Source: Desulfosoma sp. (GTDB taxonomy: Bacteria > Desulfobacterota > Syntrophobacteria > Syntrophobacterales > DSM-9756). From it: DNA of 64,000 bases. Shown piece by piece: positions 27,380-36,903 of this stretch; the stretch's first letter is position 1; each line of letters opens with the position of its first letter. The stretch spans positions 52,459-116,458 of the forward strand of contig JBBFKW010000017.1 of the NCBI GenBank assembly GCA_037481835.1. The letters are read 5' to 3'. The position numbers and the translations under genes were made by a program. The notes beneath the pieces were generated by a model. That model was not told where the DNA came from. It saw only the letters and a program-made list of their open reading frames with translations, and ran no database searches.

Positions 27380-28159
27380 CTAAAAAAACCGAGGCGGCCG
27401 TTTTTCCACGAAAGCCCGAAGGCCCTCCCGTCCGTCTTCATGACGGGCGCACGCCGTCAGGTAGCGGCGCTCCCACTCCGCCTGTTCTTCAAAGGACCTT
27501 TCAAAAGACTTGTTGAAGAGTTCCTTGCAGCACCGAAAAGAATGGAGCGATCGGCGCGCCAAGTCCTGCGCCATGGCCAGAGCCGCTTCTCGGCCCGTGC
27601 CGTCTTCGGCCAGACGCGTCACCAAACCCCATTCCTGGGCCTTCTGGGCCGGAATTCTTTCGTCGAAGGCGGCGATTTCCAAAGCCCGGGCCATGCCCAC
27701 GAGACGGGGCAGGGAAAAGGTCCCACCGCCGTCGATGCACAGCCCGTTGGACGTATAGGCCTGCTGGAAAAAGGCGGATTTTTCCATGACTCGAAAGTCA
27801 CACGCCAAAGCCAACATGAACCCGGCCCCGGCCGCCGCCCCCAGGATCGCCGCCACGACGGGCTTGGGCATGGAGCGGATTTCCACGACGAGGCGGTTGA
27901 GCTGGGCCGCCAGGACATGGAATGACCTTCCCGGATCGTCGCCATAATCCAGCGCCCACTTGAGATCGCCTCCGGCGCAGAAAGCGCGCCCCCGCCCCGT
28001 GAGCATCACCCCGCGAACGGCGGGATCTGCGGCGGCCTCCATCATGGCGTCGGCCAATTCGGTCATGAGCCCCAGGTTCATGGCGTTAAGATTCTTCGGG
28101 CGGTTCATGGCCACTTCCCGAATCGCTCCGTGATCCGCAGTCTCGACGAATTCCGGCAT
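27380..28159 (-). CDS. Enoyl-CoA hydratase/isomerase (crotonase, PaaG-like)
   Basis: NRPKNLNA, AFCAGGDL, PKPVVAAI.GAAAGAG, EGLRAFVEKRPP. RBS GGAGGT. Confidence 0.93.
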   Translation of the reverse strand: MPEFVETADHGAIREVAMNRPKNLNAMNLGLMTELADAMMEAAADPAVRGVMLTGRGRAFCAGGDLKWALDYGDDPGRSFHVLAAQLNRLVVEIRSMPKPVVAAILGAAAGAGFMLALACDFRVMEKSAFFQQAYTSNGLCIDGGGTFSLPRLVGMARALEIAAFDERIPAQKAQEWGLVTRLAEDGTGREAALAMAQDLARRSLHSFRCCKELFNKSFERSFEEQAEWERRYLTACARHEDGREGLRAFVEKRPPRFF

Positions 28160-28218
28160 GGTCACCTCCGTCTTCTCCTCGGATTAAAAGATCCTCCCGG
28201 ACACAGCGCGCGGGCGGC

Positions 28219-29883
28219 TCATCCTCCGTAGTGGCCCGCGTATTGCTCCCGGGCGATGCGTTTGGCGAATTTCCCGACGCTCGTCTTGGGAATGGCCTCC
28301 ACGAAGAGGATGTCGTCCGGAAGCTGCCATTTTGCAAAATGCGGCCGGATGAAATCCAGGACGGCCTGCTTGGTGAGGGTCCCTTTGGCGGCCTCTTTGG
28401 GCACCACCAGGGCCAAGGGGCGCTCTTCCCACTTGGGATGAGGAATACCGATCACCGCCGCCTCCAAGACATCCGGATGGGCCATGATGGCGTTTTCCAA
28501 ATCGATGGAGGAGATCCATTCGCCGCCGCTCTTGATGAGATCCTTGAAGCGGTCGGTGATTTTGAGGTATCCGTTGGGATCGATGGTTCCCGCATCCCCG
28601 CTTCGCCAGTAACCGTCTTCGGTGAAAGACTCGGCGCTTCGCGGATCGTTGTAATACGTGCGCGTGATCCAGGGCCCCCGGATGAGGACCTCCCCCACAC
28701 TCTTGCCGTCCCGGGGCAGCTCCCTGCCGTCGGCCCCGGCTATGGTCACATCCAACCCGACCACGGACAGGCCCTGCTTCTTTCGCAATTCCCATCGGTC
28801 GGCTTCGGGAAGGCCCCGCAGAGACGGCTTCAGGTGGTTGACGGTGACGAGGGGAGCCGTCTCGGTCGCCCCGTAGGCATGGATGACCTGGGCGCCGCCC
28901 AGTTCGTAATAGCCTTTCATGAGCGCCAGGGGCGGTTCCGTGGCGCCGCTGATCATGCGCAACCCCGTCAGATCCGGCTTGGCGGGCAGACTCTTGATGT
29001 AGTGGAGCATGGGCAAGAAGATGGCCGGGGCGCCGCACGTGACGGTCACCTTTTGGTCCACGAGGAGGTTCACGAGCGGCGACGGGTCTTCCATGGTGTA
29101 GCGGCCGGGAAAGACGAGCTTGGCCCCCAGCATGGGCCCGCAAAAGAACATGCCCCACCCTTGGGCGTGGAACATGGGGACGATCTGCATGATCACATCG
29201 CCCTGGGTCATGTGGAGGGCTTGGGCGATGGCCAAGGTGTGGAGGTACATGGCCCGGTGGGAATTGTAGACGCCCTTGGGCTTTCCCGTGGTCCCCGACG
29301 TGTAGCACGCCGTGCACGCGGACGTTTCGTCAATCCAGGGGAAATCGAAGGCGTCATCGCTTTCGGCAATGAGGGCTTCATAGTCGTAAGCGGCGGGAAA
29401 GGCGCTTTCGCCGACACCCTTTCCCATGTCGTCCAGGACGATGAGCCCCTGCACCGCAGGGCATTCCCCCGCCAGGGGTTCCATGAGCGGTCGAAGCGAG
29501 GCGGCGACGGCCACAAAGCGGGCTTCACTGTGGTTGACCACGTAGGCGCGCTCGGCAGGCGAAATGCGGGGGTTCAGCTCCAAGAGCACGGCCCCGATGC
29601 CGGAGACGGCAAAGTACAGTTCCATGAACCGATGGGTGTTCCAATCCAAGGCGCCAACCCGATCGCCGGGGGTGACTCCGAGCTTCACGAGGGCTTTGGC
29701 CAGTCGACGCACGCGCTGGTAAACCTCGCCATAGCTGGTTCTGTGCAGGCTGCCGTCCAGGTTCCGGGAGACCACCTCCGTTTCCGGATAATTGCGGGCG
29801 GCGTGCTTCAGGAAGCTGATCATATTCAAAGGATAGGCATCGTTGGACGTCGCGGGAAAACCTTTGATCATCGCTGTGGACAT
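28219..29883 (-). CDS. Medium/long-chain fatty acid-CoA ligase (AlkK/FadD-like)
   Basis: YTSGTTGKPKG, VPMFHAQGWG, AYGATET, DRFKDLIKSGGEWISS, KWEERPLA, PKTSVGKF. Confidence 0.95.
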   Translation of the reverse strand: MSTAMIKGFPATSNDAYPLNMISFLKHAARNYPETEVVSRNLDGSLHRTSYGEVYQRVRRLAKALVKLGVTPGDRVGALDWNTHRFMELYFAVSGIGAVLLELNPRISPAERAYVVNHSEARFVAVAASLRPLMEPLAGECPAVQGLIVLDDMGKGVGESAFPAAYDYEALIAESDDAFDFPWIDETSACTACYTSGTTGKPKGVYNSHRAMYLHTLAIAQALHMTQGDVIMQIVPMFHAQGWGMFFCGPMLGAKLVFPGRYTMEDPSPLVNLLVDQKVTVTCGAPAIFLPMLHYIKSLPAKPDLTGLRMISGATEPPLALMKGYYELGGAQVIHAYGATETAPLVTVNHLKPSLRGLPEADRWELRKKQGLSVVGLDVTIAGADGRELPRDGKSVGEVLIRGPWITRTYYNDPRSAESFTEDGYWRSGDAGTIDPNGYLKITDRFKDLIKSGGEWISSIDLENAIMAHPDVLEAAVIGIPHPKWEERPLALVVPKEAAKGTLTKQAVLDFIRPHFAKWQLPDDILFVEAIPKTSVGKFAKRIAREQYAGHYGG

Positions 29884-29971
29884 GGCCATCCTCCACGTGT
29901 TTAGAAAAGAATTGTTGCCACTGCCTGTGCGGCGGAGCTCACACAAGCCCTTCCCGTTGGTTCTCTCCTGA

Positions 29972-30210
29972 TCATGAAGGAATCACAATGTTTCGAATAT
30001 CTTTCTTCAGTCTCTTTCCCGCGGCGCTCTTGGGAATTTCATTTCGAAAGAAGACTTTCTTGGGGCATTTGTATCCCGCCAGGTTCTTATGGCGATGGTT
30101 AAGGAGGTCCTCTTCGGTAACAACCGCCCCAGGGTTGGGCACTACCACGGCCGTCACCTTTTCGCCCCAGCGTTCATCGGGAAGGCCCACCACAACCGCT
30201 TTAAAAACCC
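29972..30210 (-). pseudogene. C-terminal fragment of an acyl-CoA synthetase
   Basis: AVVVGLPDERWGEKVTAVVV...LAGYKCPKKVFF..EIPKSAAGK only; no N-terminal domain. Confidence 0.85.
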
Positions 30211-30349
30211 CCGAAGGGCTGGGGTGGATGGTTCGAGGCGCGGCTCGCAAGGGGCCCGCCGCTGAGGCCCTGGGAGGGGCATGGGGTGCGCGGGAGCAGA
30301 CGGAACGGGACAGGCAGCGGAGCGCCGGGCTCTTTGAGCCCGCCTCCCC

Positions 30350-30369
30350 AACTGGGCGCTCGTTCAGTT
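30350..30369. promoter_or_regulatory. Second copy of the putative TetR-type operator
   Basis: AACTGGGCG-CT-CGTTCAGTT. TTGACG on the minus strand at 30392-30397, at nearly the same spacing as at 10972. Confidence 0.6.
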
Positions 30370-30425
30370 CAATGCCTCAAAACAAAGAGCCCGTCAAGAA
30401 GAAAGGATTTCGCCGCAAACCGCCC

Positions 30426-30463
30426 TTGACAGGGGATTAACCTTACCGTTAACGTTAGGGTTA
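30426..30463 (+). promoter_or_regulatory. Sigma70-type promoter with LiuR-like MerR operator
   Basis: TTGACA at 30426-30431. Palindrome TAACCTTACCGTT/AACGTTAGGGTTA at 30438-30463 (11 of 13 pairs, core CGTTAACG). Confidence 0.7.
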
Positions 30464-30478
30464 CAAGGAGGGACCGCC

Positions 30479-30895
30479 ATGGCGACCCGCACCACTAAGC
30501 CCAAACACACCTTTACCATTTCCGAATTGGCCGCCCAACTGGACATCAGCCCCAGGACCATTCGATTCTACGAAGAAAAGGGCCTGATCAGCCCCCGCCG
30601 CACGCCGGGCAACCAGCGCGTCTACACCCCCAAGGACCGTGCCAGGCTGAAGCTCATCCTGCGCGGCAAGAGATTCGGCTTCTCCTTGGACGAAATCGCC
30701 GAAATGATCGGCATGCCCGACTCCGACATGGCAGAGGTGGAACAGATCCGCAAAAGCCTCGATTACGGCCGCAAGAAATTGGAAGAAATCCGCGACCGCA
30801 TGAAGGACCTCATCATCTTGGAACAGGACCTTTTGGCCGTGCAGAAGAAGCTCCTCAAGCGCCTGGAAGAACTCACCAAGGAGGACGGCTCATGA
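30479..30895 (+). CDS. MerR family regulator, LiuR-like
   Basis: FTISELA..ISPRTIRFYEEKGLISP.R...R.Y..DRARLKLILRGKRFGFSLDEI. Confidence 0.93.
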   Translation: MATRTTKPKHTFTISELAAQLDISPRTIRFYEEKGLISPRRTPGNQRVYTPKDRARLKLILRGKRFGFSLDEIAEMIGMPDSDMAEVEQIRKSLDYGRKKLEEIRDRMKDLIILEQDLLAVQKKLLKRLEELTKEDGS

Positions 30896-32412
30896 ACCTC
30901 GTGGAAATGCTGGATCGCAACGCCCGAAAATTTTCAACGAAGGAGGCGGTGCGGGCCCAAGGGCAAGGCGTCAGCTTTTCTCAGCTTAAAGAATCGGCTG
31001 AAAGGGCGGCCGCCGTCTTTCAGTCTCAGGGCATCGGCCCAGGGGCCGTGGTGGCCATCATGAGCCAAAACACGCCCGATTTCATCCAGGCCTTTTTCGG
31101 TGCCCAGAAGGCCGGAGCGGCCGTCGTTCCCGTCAATCACAAGCTGGCGGCCCCCGAAGTGCGCTACATCCTGGAGCACAGCAAGGCCCAAATGTTCCTC
31201 TTCGACGGCTCCCTCCTTCCCGTCGCCGACGCCTTGGCTTTGTCCATCCCGGCCCTCTCCCTCGACACGGCCGTTCCCGGAAAGCCCTTTTTCGCCGATC
31301 TGCTCACGAAGGCTCCTCCCTTCAAGCCGGTTTCCGTTCAAGACGACGCCACGGCGGAAATCCTCTATACCAGCGGCACCACCGGAAAACCCAAAGGATG
31401 CGTCCTCACCCACCGAAGTGTCCTCATGGCCGCCATCACTGGAGCCCTGGCCTTGAAGATGGACGAAAACGACCGACTCCTCATGGCCATGCCCATCTGG
31501 CATTCTTCGCCGCTCAACAATTGGTTTCTCGGGGCTTTCTACGTCGGGGCCACAACGGTGCTCCTTCGCGAATACCACCCGTTCCATTTCCTCCAGACCG
31601 TCCAGGATGAACGATGCACCGTCTATTTCGGGGCTCCCGTCTCCTACCTTCTGCCCCTGCAAATGATCCCCAACTTCGACGATTTCGACCTCGCTTCCAT
31701 GCGCGCCTGGATCTACGGGGGCGGTCCCATTGCGCCGGAAACGGTCAGGGTGCTCCAAAAGCGCTACAAGAGTGATCGCTTTTTCCAGGTTTACGGCATG
31801 ACGGAAGCGGGGCCGACAGGCACCATGCTGCCCCCCGAGGCCCACGCTCACAAAGCGGGGTCCATAGGCAACAAGAGCTTGCCCGGAACGGACCTCGTCG
31901 TCATGAAATCCCTCACCGATCCTGCCGGCCCCGGCGAAACAGGAGAAATCTGGCTGAAAGCCGATTCCATGATGCTCGGTTATCTCAACGACCCCGAGGC
32001 GACCGAGAAAGCCTTTCATGACGGCTGGTACCGGACCGGAGACATGGCCCGAATTGACGCGGACGGCTACCTGTTCATCGTCGACCGGCTCAAGGACATG
32101 ATCATCACCGGCGGTGAAAACGTCTATTCCAAGGAAGTGGAAGACGCCCTGGCGGAACATCCCCACGTGGCCCAGGCGGCGGTGATCGGAACGCCGCACC
32201 CGGACTGGGGGGAGACGGTGACGGCGGTCATCGTCCCCGCACCGGGATCTCAGCCCACTTCGGAAGAACTCACGGCATTTCTCCAGTCTCGGCTGGCCAA
32301 ATACAAGATCCCCAGAATCTATCACTTCGTCAGTGCCCTGCCCCATACGCCCACGGGAAAGGTGATGAAGTATCGGTTGCGGGAAATGTTCGAAAAATCG
32401 GAGGAGCCCTGA
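30892..32412 (+). CDS. Acyl-CoA synthetase (AMP-forming)
   Basis: YTSGTTGKPKG, YGMTEAGP, WYRTGD, DRLKDMIITGGENVY. ATGA overlap with the MerR gene. Confidence 0.95.
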   Translation: MNLVEMLDRNARKFSTKEAVRAQGQGVSFSQLKESAERAAAVFQSQGIGPGAVVAIMSQNTPDFIQAFFGAQKAGAAVVPVNHKLAAPEVRYILEHSKAQMFLFDGSLLPVADALALSIPALSLDTAVPGKPFFADLLTKAPPFKPVSVQDDATAEILYTSGTTGKPKGCVLTHRSVLMAAITGALALKMDENDRLLMAMPIWHSSPLNNWFLGAFYVGATTVLLREYHPFHFLQTVQDERCTVYFGAPVSYLLPLQMIPNFDDFDLASMRAWIYGGGPIAPETVRVLQKRYKSDRFFQVYGMTEAGPTGTMLPPEAHAHKAGSIGNKSLPGTDLVVMKSLTDPAGPGETGEIWLKADSMMLGYLNDPEATEKAFHDGWYRTGDMARIDADGYLFIVDRLKDMIITGGENVYSKEVEDALAEHPHVAQAAVIGTPHPDWGETVTAVIVPAPGSQPTSEELTAFLQSRLAKYKIPRIYHFVSALPHTPTGKVMKYRLREMFEKSEEP

Positions 32413-33656
32413 TGTTCGACTGCCTGATGGACGAAAAGACCCGGCGGTGGCGGGATGAAGTCCGCGAATTCGTCAAGTCCATCCCCCGCCAGATGATCCT
32501 GGACATGGATGCGGACAAGATCCGATTTCCCAAGGAATTCTTGCAGGAAGCAGGCCGGAGAAACCTTCTGGGCTGCCGGTATCCCAAGCGGTGGGGCGGC
32601 CGGGATATGGACTGGGTGAGCACCTGTGTGGCCATGGAAGAGGTGGGGACGCTGGGCTACATCTTTGCATGCACCTTCGGCGTCGGCGCGGAACTGGTCT
32701 GCGACGCCGTTGTCCTCCATGGCACGGACGCCCAAAAGGAACGCTACGTCACCCCGCTGCTCAAAGGAGAAATCTTCGCCGCGGAATGCCTCACGGAACC
32801 GCGAGGCGGGTCGGACTTTTTCGGCACGACGACCACGGCCGTGGACAAGGGCGATCACTTCGTCCTCAACGGCCAAAAGCGCTTCATCGTCGGCGGCGAA
32901 GGCGCCGACTATTTCCTCGTCTACGCCCGAACGGATCCCACGGCCAAGCCCCATGAAGGCATCACCTGCTTCATCGTGGACCGCGGCCCCGGCGTGGAAA
33001 CCGCTTACCTCTACGGGCTCATGGGCTGCCGCGGCGGCGGAACCAGCCGATTGGTCTTCCGGGACGTGAAAGTCCCCAAGGAAAACGTCTTGGGACGGGT
33101 GAACGGCGGCTTTGAGGTCTTTAAGACCATGATGATCCCTGAGCGGCTCGGCACGGCCGCCATGACCATCGGGGCCGCTCGACCGGCCCTTGAAGTGGCC
33201 ACGGGCTATTCCACGCGCCGCAAGGCCTTCGGCCGGCCCATCCACGAATTTCAAGGGGTGAGCTTCCAGGTGGCGGAGGCGGCCATGCTCCTGGACGTCT
33301 CCCGCGCCATGGTCCACGCCACGGCCCAGGCCGTGGATCGAAAGGCTCCGGCGGCCACGGTCCGGCGCCTGATTTCGGAGACGAAAAAATTCGTCACCGA
33401 ATCGTGCCAGAAAGTGGTGCACAACGCCATGCAGGTCATGGGCGGCATCGGCTACACCACGGTTTTTCCCGTGGAGCGCATCTACCGGGATCTGCGCCTG
33501 GCTTCCATCTGGACCGGGACGAACGAAATCATGGCCGGGATCATCGCCCACGAATGGTACAAAGAATACTGGGCCATGAAGGAGGCTCGGCTCACCCGGG
33601 ACGCGGAACAGGATGCTGCGGGCGCCGACGACGTGGAAGAAAAGGTGTACGAATAA
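32412..33656 (+). CDS. Acyl-CoA dehydrogenase
   Basis: CLTEPRGGSD, LNGQKRFI, MQVMGGIGY, YRDLRLASIWTGT. Confidence 0.95.
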   Translation: MFDCLMDEKTRRWRDEVREFVKSIPRQMILDMDADKIRFPKEFLQEAGRRNLLGCRYPKRWGGRDMDWVSTCVAMEEVGTLGYIFACTFGVGAELVCDAVVLHGTDAQKERYVTPLLKGEIFAAECLTEPRGGSDFFGTTTTAVDKGDHFVLNGQKRFIVGGEGADYFLVYARTDPTAKPHEGITCFIVDRGPGVETAYLYGLMGCRGGGTSRLVFRDVKVPKENVLGRVNGGFEVFKTMMIPERLGTAAMTIGAARPALEVATGYSTRRKAFGRPIHEFQGVSFQVAEAAMLLDVSRAMVHATAQAVDRKAPAATVRRLISETKKFVTESCQKVVHNAMQVMGGIGYTTVFPVERIYRDLRLASIWTGTNEIMAGIIAHEWYKEYWAMKEARLTRDAEQDAAGADDVEEKVYE

Positions 33657-33660
33657 GCCC

Positions 33661-34491
33661 CTATCCCATGCGGGCCCAGTACCGGCCGGCGTCGCACGCG
33701 ACCCGCATGGGCACGCCGAAAGCCGCTTCAAGGTTGGCGGCGGTCAGCACGTCCCGTTTCGGCCCGCAGGCGGCGCACCGGCCGTCTTTGAGCAGCAGCA
33801 CGTGGGAAAAGACGGGCATGATTTCTTCCAGGTGGTGAGTCACCAAGACCAAGGTCGGCCCGGAGGGCTTTCGGCCCATGCGGTCGAGAGTCTCCAGGAG
33901 CCGCTCCCGGGCCACCAGATCCAACCCCGAGCAGGGTTCGTCCAGGATGAGGAGCTGCGGGTCGGCCATGAGCGCCCGGGCGATGAGGACCCTTTGTTTT
34001 TCCCCCTGGGACAGCACGCCGTAAGGGCTTGTAAGAACCGAAGCGCAGCCCATGACGTGGGCGAGATGTTCCGCCTTTTGGTAGTCTTCCGGCGAGGCCT
34101 TTTCGAACACGCCGATGGAGGCGAACTTGCCGCCCACGATGAGCTCCAGGGGCTTTTGCCGGGGCGGCACCTGTTCCTGCAGGAAAGACCCCACCCAGCC
34201 GATGCGCCGACGCACCTCGCGAAGATCCACGGCGCCGAAACGGCACCCCAAAACGGTCACGGAACCCCGCGTCGGCCACAGATAACCGGCCAAAAGCAAG
34301 AGAAGCGTGGTCTTTCCCGATCCGTTGGCCCCGAGGACGACCCAGTGTTGCCCGGGGTCCAACCGCCAGGTGATGTCGGTGAGGATTTCCTTTTTGGACC
34401 GAACGAAATGGACCCCTTCCAGGACGATCCATCCCGAGCCGTCGCCGTCCCCGCCGGGCCGTGCCTCATTCTCGGTTTTTTGATCCCTCAT
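33661..34491 (-). CDS. ABC transporter ATP-binding protein (YlmA/ModF-like)
   Basis: GANGSGKT, LSQGEKQR, LILDEP, LVTHH. Confidence 0.9.
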   Translation of the reverse strand: MRDQKTENEARPGGDGDGSGWIVLEGVHFVRSKKEILTDITWRLDPGQHWVVLGANGSGKTTLLLLLAGYLWPTRGSVTVLGCRFGAVDLREVRRRIGWVGSFLQEQVPPRQKPLELIVGGKFASIGVFEKASPEDYQKAEHLAHVMGCASVLTSPYGVLSQGEKQRVLIARALMADPQLLILDEPCSGLDLVARERLLETLDRMGRKPSGPTLVLVTHHLEEIMPVFSHVLLLKDGRCAACGPKRDVLTAANLEAAFGVPMRVACDAGRYWARMG

Positions 34492-34501
34492 GGTCTGCGG
34501 C

Positions 34502-35506
34502 CTATTCCTTCCATCGCACGACGACCTTGCCGAAATGTTTTCCTTCGCGGAGGTAGACATGGGCCGCTTCCACGTCGGAGACCGCAAAAATCTTGTCCAC
34601 AACGGGCCGGATTAATCCTTTTTCCAGGAGAGGCAGCAGTTCCGCTCGGCACCGGGCGATAATCGCCGCCTTTTCCGCATCGGAGCGACTGCGCAGAACC
34701 GAGCCGATGAGGCGGATTCTTTGGGTGAGCAGGGGCGCCAGCGAAAACGAGGCCTGGTGTCCTCCCATGAGCCCGATGAGCACGAGGCGGCCTCGGGGGG
34801 CGAGAATTTTGAGATGCTTTTCCACGTAAGGAGCCCCCACGAAATCCAGGATCACGTCCACGCCGCGGCCTCCCGTCCAGGACAAGACCGCTTCGGAAAA
34901 ATCTTCGCGCGTGCGGTTGACGGCCAGGTCGGCTCCCAGACTGCGGCACCTTTGCGCCTTTTCATCGGTTCCGCACGTGGTCGCCACGGCCAACCCGCGG
35001 GCCTTGGCCAGCTGGATCGCCGCCGTCCCGACGCCGCTTGACCCGCCGTGGACCAGCAGCGTCTCGCCGGCCTGGGCGCCCGCTTCCCCAAAAATGTTGG
35101 CATGGGCCACGACGAAGACCTCGGCGGCCGCCGCCGCTTCCACGAAAGATAAATTTTCGGGAACAGGCATCAAATGGTCGGCCCGCACGACCGCGTAACG
35201 CGCATAGCCGCCTCCGGCCGTAATTCCGAAGACGCGGTCCCCTTCGTGCCAAGGCACGTCTTCCGACCCCCTGCGGATGACATATCCCGCCAGATCCAGC
35301 CCCAAGATGGGGGAAGCCCCAAGCGGCGGCGGGTACAAGCCGCGCCGCTGCAACAGATCGGCCCGGTTGACGGAGAAGGCTTCTATTTGCACGAGGACTT
35401 CTCCCGGTCGAGGTTCGGGAATGGGGACCTGGTCCAGTTCCAGCGCGTTCCAGCCACCCGGATCGTCCGTCTTTCGCACCAAAACGGCGGGCATGGTCCG
35501 TTCCAT
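34502..35506 (-). CDS. NAD(P)H-quinone oxidoreductase (MDR, PIG3-like)
   Basis: VNRADLLQRRGLYPPP.GAS.ILGL, VHGGSSGVGT, HFGKVV. Confidence 0.93.
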   Translation of the reverse strand: MERTMPAVLVRKTDDPGGWNALELDQVPIPEPRPGEVLVQIEAFSVNRADLLQRRGLYPPPLGASPILGLDLAGYVIRRGSEDVPWHEGDRVFGITAGGGYARYAVVRADHLMPVPENLSFVEAAAAAEVFVVAHANIFGEAGAQAGETLLVHGGSSGVGTAAIQLAKARGLAVATTCGTDEKAQRCRSLGADLAVNRTREDFSEAVLSWTGGRGVDVILDFVGAPYVEKHLKILAPRGRLVLIGLMGGHQASFSLAPLLTQRIRLIGSVLRSRSDAEKAAIIARCRAELLPLLEKGLIRPVVDKIFAVSDVEAAHVYLREGKHFGKVVVRWKE

Positions 35507-36186
35507 CAGTCCATCTCCCCTCTTTCCGCAAAGGAATAATAGCGTTTTCCCGCCAGGATGATGTGGTCGTGCACGGTGATGTCCATGTCCTGCAGGAGGC
35601 GCTTGAGTTTCTTGGTCAACTGGCGGTCGGCGGCGGACGGCTCCGGGTCGCCGCTGGGATGGTTGTGTGCCAGAATCACCGCCGTCGCCCGATGGCGCAG
35701 GGCCGCTTCCACCACAAGGCGTGGGAAGACGGCCGTGCGGTTCACGGTGCCTTCCTGAATGCGTTCCATGGCGATGAGGCCGTTTTGGCTGTTCAGAGCC
35801 AAGAGGCAAAACACCTCGATCCGTTCCGCCTCAAAATGCCCCATGAGGTAGTGAACGGCTTCCTGGGTGGACCCCAGCGTCTTGACGGAACGCCATCGAT
35901 CCTTGTGGTAGCGTTCCAGGAGGCGCGGCACCAGGCTGAGCAGGACGGCCGCCTGGGCGCCGATACCGGGAACGGCGGTGAGTTCTTCCGGTTTGGCGTC
36001 CAAGACGGCCGAAAGGGATTGGAAATGGTCCAAGAGAGCCTTGGCGGCGGGTTTCACATCGCGCCGTGGGATGGCGAAGGTCAGGAGGAGCTCCAGCACT
36101 TCGTGGTCGTGGAAGGCATCCAACCCTCCGGCCATGAAGCGTTCCCGGAGCCGCCGGCGATGCCCTTCAGGTCCCAAAGCGGTCAT
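35506..36186 (-). CDS. radC: RadC-family JAB domain protein
   Basis: GHRRRLRERF, PRRDVKP, HhH VPGIG, AHNHPSG...D...HDHII. Confidence 0.95.
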   Translation of the reverse strand: MTALGPEGHRRRLRERFMAGGLDAFHDHEVLELLLTFAIPRRDVKPAAKALLDHFQSLSAVLDAKPEELTAVPGIGAQAAVLLSLVPRLLERYHKDRWRSVKTLGSTQEAVHYLMGHFEAERIEVFCLLALNSQNGLIAMERIQEGTVNRTAVFPRLVVEAALRHRATAVILAHNHPSGDPEPSAADRQLTKKLKRLLQDMDITVHDHIILAGKRYYSFAERGEMD

Positions 36187-36820
36187 TTTTTTCCAGCTCC
36201 GCCACCTTCTGTCTCAAGGAATCCAAAAAGTCGGCGACCGACCGATTCACGAGAATGCTGTCAAACTGCGACCGATAGTTGCTCACGTAACTCACGCCTT
36301 CGATGACCACGTCATAGACCATCCATCGGTCGCCGTTGAGGATCATGCGGTATTCCACGGGAATATCCTGATCCTGGTAGCGCACCCGCGTCTTGACCAA
36401 GGCAAAGCGGCCTTCCACGCGTTCTTCATCGTAACGGATCACGTCCCCCTGACCGCAGGTGTACGTATCCACTTTGCCGATATAGGTAAAATACAAAAGG
36501 TCCTTGAAGAGGCGGATAAATTCCGTGCGCTGTTCAGGACTCAAGCTTTTCCAGTGCCGGCCCAGCGTGCGCTTTCCCGCTTCCTCAAAATCCACATATT
36601 CCTCGGCGATGGCGCGGGCGGCTTGCCGCCGCGCCTTGATGTTTTCCGGGGTGCCGCCGGGGCACGTCTGCAACGTGTGGAGCGCCCGATCCGTCGCGCT
36701 CTTGATGACTTCCACGGGGCTTTTCTGAGCGGAAGCGGAGGCGACGCCGAGCCCCCCGAAGAACGCCACAAACGTGAATGCCGCCAAGACACCACGTTTT
36801 CCCCATCCCGTCCTTTTCAT
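36167..36820 (-). CDS. mlaC: MlaC/Ttg2D phospholipid-binding periplasmic protein
   Basis: Signal peptide, LGRHW..SPEQR.EF, WMVYDVVIEGVSYVSNYRSQF. Confidence 0.9.
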   Translation of the reverse strand: MKRTGWGKRGVLAAFTFVAFFGGLGVASASAQKSPVEVIKSATDRALHTLQTCPGGTPENIKARRQAARAIAEEYVDFEEAGKRTLGRHWKSLSPEQRTEFIRLFKDLLYFTYIGKVDTYTCGQGDVIRYDEERVEGRFALVKTRVRYQDQDIPVEYRMILNGDRWMVYDVVIEGVSYVSNYRSQFDSILVNRSVADFLDSLRQKVAELEKNDRFGT

Positions 36821-36903
36821 CAACACACCTCCTTGTCGTTCGCCGTGGGAACTGTCCATTGTTAATGCACCTTTCAATCCCTTGTAAAGCCTTGCGTCGG
36901 CCT

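Noticed and set aside
35506..36186. radC as a marker of an integrative element
   Set aside because: Full-length form overlapping housekeeping-type genes on both sides. No integrase, tRNA or att site was seen.
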